A stretch of DNA of 13,944 nucleotides from Pedosphaera sp. (GCA_031414955.1 JANOQV010000226.1:1-13944); one strand, 5' to 3'; shown: positions 1-8,181, numbered from the stretch's first letter. Made by a program: numbers and translations. The notes: generated from the sequence alone by a model not told the origin.

Positions 1-39
1 GACTGGAGCCACGCCCCAGAGGAAAACAGAAGGCGGACG

Positions 40-67
40 ATCGTACCAGTGACAACCGTGTGACAAC
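40..67 (-). promoter_or_regulatory. Pho-box/OmpR-like direct repeat next to an extended -10, pointing out of the left edge
   Basis: GTGACAAC occurs at 49-56 and 60-67 (11-bp period). The minus strand reads GTTGTCAC-ACG-GTTGTCAC-TGG-TACGAT. The target gene is outside the window. Confidence 0.35.
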
Positions 68-210
68 GAGATCGCGAACGGGTGACGCGACCTCCCGCCC
101 AGCGATGCCGAACACTATTGGCTGGTAGCCCGTGCCACCCACGGCGAGCGGATCGCCGAGTTCGCCGGATCAAACCTCAGCCACGCGGGCCGCGCGCGCG
201 GGAACACCCA

Positions 211-232
211 CAGCGGACTCGGCGGTCCGCTG
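211..232. terminator. GC hairpin downstream of the kinase gene, possible terminator
   Basis: CAGCGGAC-tcggcg-GTCCGCTG is a perfect 8-bp stem about 40 bp past the kinase stop. There is no clear U-tract. Confidence 0.3.
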
Positions 233-270
233 CTCCGCCGGGCTGGCGTGGAGCCACGGCGCGGATTCGT

Positions 271-3200
271 TCAGGGCTGCTTGAGTTCCGCTTTCTTCGC
301 CGCGTCGTATTCCTTCCAGAATTCTGCGGCTGTCTTGTCCGGTAAAGAAGTCGTCGGACTCTCCTCAAAGCTAATCTTCTCAATGCGGCGCAAAGAACGG
401 AGAAACTCAAAGTTCTTCGCGTTTGGCGGCAAGGTGAGTCGTTGGAGTGATGATGCGTCCGCGAGTGGCGAAAGATCAGTGATTTCGGAGCAATCATGCA
501 GGCGCAAGGATTGCAGGGGCATTCCGCGCAACGCTGAAAGGTCAGCCACCTTGGTGCCAGCAAGATGTAGAAACGTTATTGGCATCCCGCGAAGGTGACT
601 CACATTTGTGACCTTGGTATCTGTAAGTAATACGCTGCGAAGTTTGTTCCCGCGCAGGACGGAAAGATCGCTGAATGCACTCTTGGAGGCGTTGAAAATC
701 TCGAGGTTAGTACAGGCCGAGACGGGCGAAAAATCGGTGATTGGCGTGTCGTACAGAGAAAGACTTCGCATGTTGATGCTCAAGGCCGGATCTCGCAAAA
801 CGGCGAGATCAGTCACCGGCGTGCGCCCGATGCCGAGCTGGCTCAAAGCAAGTCCTTCGAGTGGGTGCAAATTGGTCACTTTCGCACCCCAGAAATTCAG
901 TTTGTGGATGGGCGCGCCTTTGAAGATGGAGCAATCGTTGAAGTTGGTCGTGCTGACGGTAACTGCCCACATCCCGATCGAGTCCTTGATCGCAGAGTAT
1001 GTCATCCCAGCATCGTTTAAGGCAGCGGACCAGGACAGTCCGGGCCAAAGTTTCCAAAATTCTTCACTCGTGGTGGTTGGAGCATAGGAGATACCTTTTG
1101 TGGCAAAGGCCAGTCCTTCCAGTTTTGGGAGTTTCTGCAGAATTGCGATATTTCGAGCCTTAATTGGCACGGTGACATTTTCCAATGTCGGGATTTCCGC
1201 GAGTGAGGAGACGTTGGTCACGTTAATACATCCGTCTAAAATAAGTTTCTTTAGCGGCATGCCAACGAGCGGAGACAGATCGCTCACTGCTGTTTCCCTG
1301 AGAATCAGTTCTTCGATCTGCATCCCGCGCAAGGGGGCGAGATCTGCCACTGGATTGTTGTACAGGTTCAGCACGCGTAGATGGAGACCTTGGATTGGAG
1401 TCAGATTCGTGACGCTGCATCCGCGAAGCCAAAGTTCAGTGATAGGCGTGCCCTTGAGTATGGACAAGTCTGTTCGCTGGTTCTCGATTTGCAGCATGTA
1501 AGCACCGTCTGAGCCTTTGGTAAGCCAGAACCGCAACCCACTTTTAAGGAGAGCCGGAAACAAAGCGTGCTCTTGATCCCAATCCTTCCAGAAAGCCTCT
1601 TTGGACTGCGTGGTCGTCGCGACCCTGGATTCCTCACTGCGGCCAACCCAAATGTTTTTCAGCGTTGGATGATTACGAAGCGCCAGAATGGCAGCCAGTT
1701 CCTCCTCTGGCAGGCTTTGGAAATTTGATGGCAAAACAATTAGGTCAAGTGATTTCAAACTTTCAAGCACAGCAAACCCGCGCGCGTTGTAGCAACGCGT
1801 GAGCGAGAGTTGCTTGACCGGTGAATCTCTCAGGAAGAACAGGTCGCGAAATGTGGAGCTTTGAAAAGTGCATTTCTCCAATGGCGCACCCGTGAGCGGA
1901 GTGTAATCCGTGGCGGGAATTTGCGTCGCGTCGAAAACTTTGAGAGGCATGCCGGCGAGCGGTTTCAGATCGGCAACCTCGGTGTTTTGAATATCGAGTT
2001 TGTTTAGCTTCATTCCTTGCAGCACAGAAACGTCAAAAATATCGGTGTTGCCAAGGCCGAGGTCGGTCAGCGGCAGGTTTCGCAGCGGAGCAAGGTCGTC
2101 AATTTTTGTGTGTGCAAGCTGAAGCGAAGTCAGCCCACGGCACTCGCTCAAGGCTGCAAAGTCAGTGATCTGGTCACAACCGTTGAGGTTGAGCGTCCCG
2201 AGTGGCATGTCCGCCAGCGGCGAAAGGTCATTGATCTTCGTGCCGCTGAGGTCGAGCGCGAGCAAACCGTCGTCGCGCACGGTGAGGCGTTTTTCAAGCG
2301 GCTGGTCGGCGGAGACCGGCAGGTCTTTGAGCCGCGCGAGCCAGAGGGCGACGACCAGCGCCTTCTCCTCGCCGAGCAGGCGGGCCACGGGCATCAACTC
2401 GGCGGCGGGCCGCTGCTGTTTCTGCATGGCGAGGTGGAGCTTGCTCAGGCTTTCGCGGGTGAGCTTGCCGTTCGGGCCGGTGGGCGCGGCGAGCAGTTCT
2501 TCGCAGAGCGCGGCGCTGGTTTTAGCGCGGGTGTCGTCGGGACGGAGCGCGAGCGCGGCGCGGTAGGCCGGGGCGGCTTCGGCAAAATGGAACTGGCACT
2601 GGAGCAGGTCGCCTTTCGCGATGAGATGCTCCGGCGCGTCGGGCCGCAGCTTCGCGGCGTAAGTAAGTTTTTCCAACGCCTCGTCGAAACGTTCCCTGGC
2701 CGCGAGACCACGCGCCTGTTCGGCAAAGGCCGGGGCAGCGGCGCGCAACTCATTGAGCGCAGCAACGGCGCGCTTGGCTTCGCGCTCGGCTCGCACTCCC
2801 TGCCACACGCTCGCCGTCAGGCCCATGACGAGCGCCGTCGCGATGGCCGTGCCGGCGGCGAAGGCCACCTTGTTCCGCCGCATCAACTTCTGCATCCGAT
2901 AAACCGTGCTCGGCGGGCGGGCCACCACGGGTTCGTTGGTCAGGTGGCGCGTGAGGTCGGCCCCGAGTCCGTTGGCCGTTTCGTAACGGCGCACGCGGTC
3001 CTTCTCCAGACACTTCATCACGATCCAGTCGAGGTCGCCCTTGAGGAGATTGATGAGCTTGGGCGCTTCGGCCGAGCGGCGGCGGGCGGTGGCGGTCAGT
3101 TCCGCGCCCTTCAACGTCGCGAAGCGCGTGCTCGGACGCATCGGCTCTTTCTCGCGAATCGTCCGGCGCATCGCGTCGAGACCGGAGGCCAGCAACTCCC

Positions 3201-4104
3201 GTCCGTCGAAGGGCGTGCTGCCGGCCAGCAGTTCATAGAGCAGCACGCCGAGGCTGTAGATGTCCGAGCGCGTGTCAATGTCCAGCCCGCTCATCTCCGC
3301 CTGCTCCGGCGACATGTAAGCGGGCGTGCCGATGAACTGGTGCAACTGCGTGTACACCGTGGCCTCGGTGAGCCGGCCTTCCGTGGCTTTGGCGATGCCG
3401 AAATCAATCACCTTCGGCACCGGCACGCCGTCGTGCAGCGTCACGAGGATGTTCGAGGGCTTGATGTCGCGGTGGATGATCCCCTTCTGATGCGCGTGCT
3501 GGATGGCCTGGCAAACCTTGATGAACAGGTCGAGCCGTTCCTTGGTGCTGAGATTGGCCTGGTCGCAGTAGTCGGTGATGCGGATGCCGCGCACGAGTTC
3601 CATGACGAAGTAGGGGCGGCCCACGTCGGTGGTGCCGGCGTCGAGCACCTTGGCGATGTTCGGATGATCCATCATCGCGAGCGCCTGGCGCTCGGCCTCG
3701 AAGCGCGCGATGACCTCCTTCGTGTCCATGCCCAGCTTGATGACCTTGAGCGCGACGCGGCGGCGCACGGGCTGCGTTTGCTCGGCGACATAGACCACAC
3801 CGCAGCCGCCTGCGCCCACGCGTTCGAGGAGCTTGTAGCGTCCGAGGGTCTGGCCCACGGCTTCGTCGGGCGGTTCTTCGGCGATGCCGACTTTGAGAGT
3901 GGGCGTGGCGGCGGCGGCACATTTATCACCGAGGAATTGTGAGGCGTCCTCGTGAGCGCGCAGCAGGGCGTCGAGGCGTTCGCGGAGCGCGGGGTTACCG
4001 AGGCAGGCACCGTTCAAGAAGGCGTCGCGTTCGGCGGACGCGGCGATGTCCATCGCCTGCTCGAAAATTGCCTTTTCGCGATCCGGCTGCTGGTTCGTGT
4101 TCAT
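271..4104 (-). CDS. Membrane-anchored Hanks-type Ser/Thr protein kinase with a TPR-like linker and C-terminal leucine-rich repeats
   Basis: Kinase motifs GAGGCGVVY, VALKVIK, HRDIKPSNIL, DFG, GTPAYMSPEQ and SDIYSLG are intact. The TM helix VAFAAGTAIATALVMGLTASVW follows MRRNK. TPR-like helices come next (FDEALEKLTYAAKLRPD, FAEAAPAYRAALALRPD), then many internalin-like LRRs (LDLSGTKINDLSPLADMPL, LHLAGTKVADLSALRGMPL). Confidence 0.95.
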   Translation of the reverse strand: MNTNQQPDREKAIFEQAMDIAASAERDAFLNGACLGNPALRERLDALLRAHEDASQFLGDKCAAAATPTLKVGIAEEPPDEAVGQTLGRYKLLERVGAGGCGVVYVAEQTQPVRRRVALKVIKLGMDTKEVIARFEAERQALAMMDHPNIAKVLDAGTTDVGRPYFVMELVRGIRITDYCDQANLSTKERLDLFIKVCQAIQHAHQKGIIHRDIKPSNILVTLHDGVPVPKVIDFGIAKATEGRLTEATVYTQLHQFIGTPAYMSPEQAEMSGLDIDTRSDIYSLGVLLYELLAGSTPFDGRELLASGLDAMRRTIREKEPMRPSTRFATLKGAELTATARRRSAEAPKLINLLKGDLDWIVMKCLEKDRVRRYETANGLGADLTRHLTNEPVVARPPSTVYRMQKLMRRNKVAFAAGTAIATALVMGLTASVWQGVRAEREAKRAVAALNELRAAAPAFAEQARGLAARERFDEALEKLTYAAKLRPDAPEHLIAKGDLLQCQFHFAEAAPAYRAALALRPDDTRAKTSAALCEELLAAPTGPNGKLTRESLSKLHLAMQKQQRPAAELMPVARLLGEEKALVVALWLARLKDLPVSADQPLEKRLTVRDDGLLALDLSGTKINDLSPLADMPLGTLNLNGCDQITDFAALSECRGLTSLQLAHTKIDDLAPLRNLPLTDLGLGNTDIFDVSVLQGMKLNKLDIQNTEVADLKPLAGMPLKVFDATQIPATDYTPLTGAPLEKCTFQSSTFRDLFFLRDSPVKQLSLTRCYNARGFAVLESLKSLDLIVLPSNFQSLPEEELAAILALRNHPTLKNIWVGRSEESRVATTTQSKEAFWKDWDQEHALFPALLKSGLRFWLTKGSDGAYMLQIENQRTDLSILKGTPITELWLRGCSVTNLTPIQGLHLRVLNLYNNPVADLAPLRGMQIEELILRETAVSDLSPLVGMPLKKLILDGCINVTNVSSLAEIPTLENVTVPIKARNIAILQKLPKLEGLAFATKGISYAPTTTSEEFWKLWPGLSWSAALNDAGMTYSAIKDSIGMWAVTVSTTNFNDCSIFKGAPIHKLNFWGAKVTNLHPLEGLALSQLGIGRTPVTDLAVLRDPALSINMRSLSLYDTPITDFSPVSACTNLEIFNASKSAFSDLSVLRGNKLRSVLLTDTKVTNVSHLRGMPITFLHLAGTKVADLSALRGMPLQSLRLHDCSEITDLSPLADASSLQRLTLPPNAKNFEFLRSLRRIEKISFEESPTTSLPDKTAAEFWKEYDAAKKAELKQP

Positions 4105-4357
4105 GGTGTTCTACTCAATCATGCGGGAAGCGGGCGGAGTTTGGGCCAAAAAGTTTTGGTGGCGAGGAGGAAAACGGAGCCAATGAATGGGGCCTGGGGG
4201 AGGTTGGACATGAACCCGCACCGGGGCGCGGTTGCTTTCGAGCCGCGCGAGGCGTCACGCATCAGGGCTGGGCCGTGGCTGATTTCACGCCCCACGTTTT
4301 TTGGTGTCGGGGGCGGCGTCCGCCTGACTTTTTCCAGTTTCCCGTGTCCTGAAACCC

Positions 4358-4573
4358 GTGCTTCGAGTGCTGGTGGTCGAAGACTCAGAATTCTACGCCC
4401 AGATGGTGACCAGTCTGGTTCGCAAAAGCGGAGTGGACGTCATTTCCGAGCGCGTGGAAACAGCCGAACAACTGGAGAACGCGCTCCGGGCCGAGCCACT
4501 GGCCCGCAATTCCCATCCCGAAGCCGAAACCTTCAACGCTGGTAACTGCCGCCGTAAAATGGCAGCCAAGTGA
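4358..4573 (+). pseudogene. Truncated response-regulator receiver (REC) domain
   Basis: LRVLVVEDSEFYAQMVTSLVRKSGVDVISERVETAEQLENALRAEP matches beta1-alpha1-beta2-alpha2 of a receiver domain. Similarity stops before the beta3 phosphoacceptor Asp and the tail is unrelated. Confidence 0.65.
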
Positions 4574-4598
4574 TTTTCCCGCCAGAAACTATTGGGGA

Positions 4599-5051
4599 TT
4601 ACGCGCGTCGCGGGCGCAGCAGGATGACTTTCTTGCTCGTGCCGGGGATCTCGAGACTCTCAGTCTCGAGATCGGGGTCGTCCCGGAGGGCGTGGTGGAC
4701 GATGCGACGGTCGTAGGCGGTCATAGGCTCCAGTTCCACCATTTGGCCCGAGCGCCGAACTTCCTCCGCCGCCTCGTGCGCCCGCTTGAGGAGCGACGCG
4801 CGGGCCTCAGCGCGATAGCCGCCCACATCGACGGTGATCTTGGGCGCATGCTCGTCGCGCTCGAAGACAATGCGGTTGAGCAGGTATTGCAGATCAGAAA
4901 GAGTCTGGCCCTGACGTCCAATAAGCCGGTCGGAATCCTCGGCCACCACGTCGAGGGTCAGCCCGTCTTCCGTCGCGTGCTCCTCGATGCGGGCGTCAAA
5001 ACCGATCAGGTGCAACAATTTTTGCAGGATCTCGCTGGGTTGCGCGGACAT
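4599..5051 (-). CDS. jag: Jag/KhpB (EloR) RNA-binding protein with KH-II and R3H domains, short form
   Basis: KH loop LIGRQGQTLSDLQYLLN, DVGGYR and R3H motif LEPMTAYDRRIVH are present. It lies directly after yidC. Confidence 0.93.
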   Translation of the reverse strand: MSAQPSEILQKLLHLIGFDARIEEHATEDGLTLDVVAEDSDRLIGRQGQTLSDLQYLLNRIVFERDEHAPKITVDVGGYRAEARASLLKRAHEAAEEVRRSGQMVELEPMTAYDRRIVHHALRDDPDLETESLEIPGTSKKVILLRPRRA

Positions 5052-5083
5052 AAAACTTTTTCGTCTATTGATGCGGCCGTCCG

Positions 5084-6880
5084 TTACTTCTTCTTTTTCA
5101 CCGGCACCACGGGCGCGGGAGCCTTGGGTTCCTCTTTGGCCTTGGTGAGCTTGGTCTGCACGATGGTTAGCAGGTTTTGCACGGTCCAGTAAAGGGTCAA
5201 CCCGGCGGGCTGGTTGTAGAGGAAGACCATGAACATGAGCGGCATGTATTTCATCATGGTCTGCTGGGCCGGGTCCATGCCGGGCGAGGGCGGCTGGAGA
5301 CGGGCCTGGACCAACATGGTCACGCCCATGAGGAGCGGGAGGGGATTGAGGGGATAGCTCCCGGCGATCATCCAGACAGTGTCCGGCTTCGATAAGTCGC
5401 AGGCCCAGAGGAACGGCGTGCCGCGCAGTTCAATGGCATTGGGAATCATGCGGAAGAGGGCGAAGAAAATGGGGAGCTGGATGAGCATGGGCCAGCAGCC
5501 GCTCATGGGGCTGACTTTGTGCTCGCGCCAGAATTCCATGACCTTCTTGTTCATCTTCATCGGGTCATCTTTGTACTTCTCCTGGAGCTTCTTCATCTCG
5601 GGAGAGAGCGCCTGCATGCGCTTCATGGACTGCGTGCTCTTCTGGGTCAGCGGCCAAAAGAGCAGTTTGATGAGAATGGTCATGATGACGAGCGCGATGG
5701 CGTAGTCGCCCAGCTTGTCAGGAATGATCGGGGCGATAACGCCGTGGATGCCGTTCATCACCCGGAGCATGAGCTTGGAGATGAAGCCCCAGAAACCGAA
5801 GTCCATGATGGAGTCGGTCTGCCGACCCACCTTGGAGAGCAGCTTCTCCTGCTTGGGGCCGGCGTAAATGGTGAACTCTCGCTCCAGGCTCTGCTTCGGG
5901 CCGAGGGTCAAGGCGGGGTAGCTGATCGTCGCCTCGAGGCCATGCGGTTCACGGACCACTTTGGAATCGGCGGCAATCTGCTGCGCGCTGGGCGGAGCCA
6001 GGTTGATGCGCTGCGCGGTGAACCGGCCACCCGTGGAGTTAGTGCCCGGCACCACCACCATGGTGAAGAACTGATTATGCACCGCCGCCCACAGCACGTT
6101 GTTGGACCCTTCGCTGTAGCTCAGGCGCGGAACGTGTTTGCGCACGCAGCCGCCGGTGCCGTCGAAATAGGCGTGGTCGATGTGTTCGGGCTTCAACCCG
6201 TTGAACCAGAAGACGCCCATCATCAGCATGTCATCGCGCGGCCCCATGGGCGTGGCCGTGCCCACGCTGAAGTTTTGCTCGGGCAACGCGATGGCCTGCG
6301 CGGTGGGATTCTCGATGGTCACCGTGACGGTGTTCTGGAAATTACTGCCGAGGGTAAACCGCTTCAGCACCCGTAAACCGGAAGCCAGCGTCTTCTCCGC
6401 CGTGAGGGAACTCTTGGAGGTGGCGGTGAGTTTGAAGATGTTGTCGCCGAATAAGTCGCCAGCCTGGAGAGCCGCGACTGGAACTGGCGCGTGGTCGTTG
6501 AGGGTTGCCATCAAATTGGAGCCACTGGCAATGTCGCAACCGACGGTTTCCAAATAGTTCTTGAGCGCGACCTGCTTCAGCCCTCCACCAACACTCGTAA
6601 ACGTGTAGATGGCCTCGTTGTTGGTGAGGCTCTCCAACTGCTCAACCAGATTCGTCGGGAGGACAATGCCCGGCGCAGGGGCCGCAATGGCGGGAGCGCC
6701 GTTGGTGGTGATGACCGCCGGAAGAGGGGCGGCGTTGGTCAACCCGGCGCTGGTCACGGCCGAGACGGTATTGGTCTTGGGCAGAGGGATGGGAGGGAAG
6801 AACTTGGGCACGATGACGGTCTGCAAGAGCAACAACAGCCCAATGCACGTCACCAACATGATGATACTTTTTCGATCCAT
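5084..6880 (-). CDS. yidC: Membrane protein insertase YidC
   Basis: N-terminal TM, large periplasmic domain (FTSVGGGLKQVALKNY, YAGPK, DFGFWG) and core motifs IKLLFWPLT, LQEKYKDD, GCWPMLIQLPIFFALF, WACDLSKPD and PAGLTLYWTVQN. Confidence 0.98.
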   Translation of the reverse strand: MDRKSIIMLVTCIGLLLLLQTVIVPKFFPPIPLPKTNTVSAVTSAGLTNAAPLPAVITTNGAPAIAAPAPGIVLPTNLVEQLESLTNNEAIYTFTSVGGGLKQVALKNYLETVGCDIASGSNLMATLNDHAPVPVAALQAGDLFGDNIFKLTATSKSSLTAEKTLASGLRVLKRFTLGSNFQNTVTVTIENPTAQAIALPEQNFSVGTATPMGPRDDMLMMGVFWFNGLKPEHIDHAYFDGTGGCVRKHVPRLSYSEGSNNVLWAAVHNQFFTMVVVPGTNSTGGRFTAQRINLAPPSAQQIAADSKVVREPHGLEATISYPALTLGPKQSLEREFTIYAGPKQEKLLSKVGRQTDSIMDFGFWGFISKLMLRVMNGIHGVIAPIIPDKLGDYAIALVIMTILIKLLFWPLTQKSTQSMKRMQALSPEMKKLQEKYKDDPMKMNKKVMEFWREHKVSPMSGCWPMLIQLPIFFALFRMIPNAIELRGTPFLWACDLSKPDTVWMIAGSYPLNPLPLLMGVTMLVQARLQPPSPGMDPAQQTMMKYMPLMFMVFLYNQPAGLTLYWTVQNLLTIVQTKLTKAKEEPKAPAPVVPVKKKK

Positions 6881-6907
6881 GAAATTCTTTCGGCCCCGAC
6901 GGGCCAG

Positions 6908-7213
6908 CTATGAGGTCGAGGGCGTGCCCACCGGCGGGTGGCTTTTCTGGCCCGGCCCGGGGCTGGCAGGACGTTTCCCCGGCACAGGGTCGTGGCCGCA
7001 TCCACCCCACGGATGGCATCGGCAAATCCGCCCGACAGCCAGGATGGAACCACTTGCCACCCCATGAACACGCACTGCATCCGAGGCGTAAATCGAGCAG
7101 GTGGGATGAAAACGGCAACCGCCCCAAGGCCCAATCATCAAATGCAAAGCTGGCGAAATGGCGAACTTATAAATCCGCAGAGCACTTATCGCGATGTATT
7201 GACCCAGATTCAT
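6908..7213 (-). CDS. yidD: Membrane protein insertion efficiency factor YidD
   Basis: YKFAISP, CRFHPTCSIYA and RICRCHPWGGCGHDPVP are present. It sits between rnpA and yidC with an ATGA overlap on the rnpA stop (7210-7213). Confidence 0.96.
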   Translation of the reverse strand: MNLGQYIAISALRIYKFAISPALHLMIGPWGGCRFHPTCSIYASDAVRVHGVASGSILAVGRICRCHPWGGCGHDPVPGKRPASPGPGQKSHPPVGTPSTS

Positions 7214-7584
7214 TCCGCTCGCAAAAGATCCGCGCGTTTCAGCGCGGTCAGGAAATCCGACTCCACCCCGGAAAATGTCAGACCAACAATTGATTGACGG
7301 GCGACGAGCACCACGTCCACGGCCCGGGCAATGCGATATTGATGCCGCCGAAATGCTTCCCGCAGCAGCCGTCTGGCCCGAGTACGAACCACGGCACCGC
7401 CAATTCGCTTGCTGGTAATCACGCCAAGACGGCTCGAACCGTTGGAAACATCAAGCCAGTTGAGCGCCAGGCAACCCACGGCGAGACGCCGACCTTCCGC
7501 CTTGGCCCGCAGGAAATCCCGTCCCCGCGTCACGCGCCGCGCTCGCGGCAGCCGAAGCGGACCGGAGGGCGTGCTCATAGCCAT
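7210..7584 (-). CDS. rnpA: Ribonuclease P protein component
   Basis: SRLGVITSKRIGGAVVRTRARRLLREAFR (RNR-motif region) and DVVLVAR are present, and it follows rpmH. An alternative ATG lies at 7578. Confidence 0.95.
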   Translation of the reverse strand: MAMSTPSGPLRLPRARRVTRGRDFLRAKAEGRRLAVGCLALNWLDVSNGSSRLGVITSKRIGGAVVRTRARRLLREAFRRHQYRIARAVDVVLVARQSIVGLTFSGVESDFLTALKRADLLRAE

Positions 7585-7727
7585 CAGGTGCCGACCGGCG
7601 TGAGGCGCTTGCGGCCCACGCGGCGACGGTTGCTCAAAATCGCGCGCCCGCTTTTAGTCGAATTCCGGTTGAGGAATCCGTGCTGGCGTTTGCGACGAAT
7701 CTTCGATGGCTGATACTGGCGTTTCAT
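7584..7727 (-). CDS. rpmH: 50S ribosomal protein L34 (47 aa, not in the ORF track)
   Basis: Manual translation gives [47 protein letters not shown]. The stop overlaps the rnpA start as TGATG. Confidence 0.97.
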   Translation of the reverse strand: MKRQYQPSKIRRKRQHGFLNRNSTKSGRAILSNRRRVGRKRLTPVGT

Positions 7728-7796
7728 AGAAATATTTCCTTCGCCGCGTGGCGGCGTCCGGGTCGGCGCGCACGACGTGCCCGGAAAAGGCGCGCA

Positions 7797-7824
7797 ACCT
7801 TATCAGTGAAGGTGGGGGTGTCAA
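7797..7824 (-). promoter_or_regulatory. sigma70-type promoter of the rpmH operon
   Basis: Minus strand: perfect TTGACA (7824-7819), 16-bp spacer ending in TGA (extended -10), then TAAGGT (7802-7797), about 70 bp upstream of the rpmH ATG. Confidence 0.7.
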
Positions 7825-7961
7825 TGAGGAGAAATGCGCGACTCCAACGACGATGCGAATCTCCGTGCGGCTAAGATGTTTGAGCAACGGCGGTTCTTTC
7901 CATGCCTCGGCCTGACCAAGACTCGCGGGCCATCACGAACCAGCCCTGATCCTCGGTCTCA

Positions 7962-8094
7962 TTTTGTCCGCAAATCTTGCGTCCGCCAATTCCATATCCC
8001 CGATCAAATTCGCGGTGTCGCGCATCGGGCAGCCCTCCAAGAAACCTTGCCAATCCCGGAGCAGAGAGGCCTGGAAAAAGATTTGCGGACAGAA
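7962..8094. repeat. 133-bp element bounded by 17-bp inverted repeats (MITE/REP-like)
   Basis: TTTTGTCCGCAAATCTT (7962-7978) and AAGATTTGCGGACAGAA (8078-8094) are complementary at 16 of 17 positions. Confidence 0.6.
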
Positions 8095-8181
8095 AAAACG
8101 CAAGCGAGGCAATCCGCAGGCAGAATTCGCCTTAACCAGAGGCCGGAAACGCGCCCAGTCCGGTGATTTGCGTGCAGGCTG

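Noticed and set aside
271..2340. Diversity-generating retroelement acting on the LRR region
   Set aside because: No reverse transcriptase and no near-identical template/variable repeat pair differing at adenines was visible in the window.
2017..3942. 641-aa plus-strand ORF
   Set aside because: Antisense shadow of the high-GC3 kinase half, with no recognisable motifs.
4495..4573. Frameshift restoring the receiver domain
   Set aside because: The shifted frame I read gives no DLIxxD-like strand, and there is no room before the convergent jag gene.
5177..7713. Multiple plus-strand ORFs over yidC/yidD/rnpA/rpmH
   Set aside because: They overlap well-supported housekeeping genes on the opposite strand.
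7964..8092. TTGTCCGCA and its inverted copy as DnaA boxes/oriC
   Set aside because: They have two and three mismatches to TTATCCACA, there are only two sites, and there is no adjacent dnaA or clear unwinding element. The longer inverted repeat explains them better.
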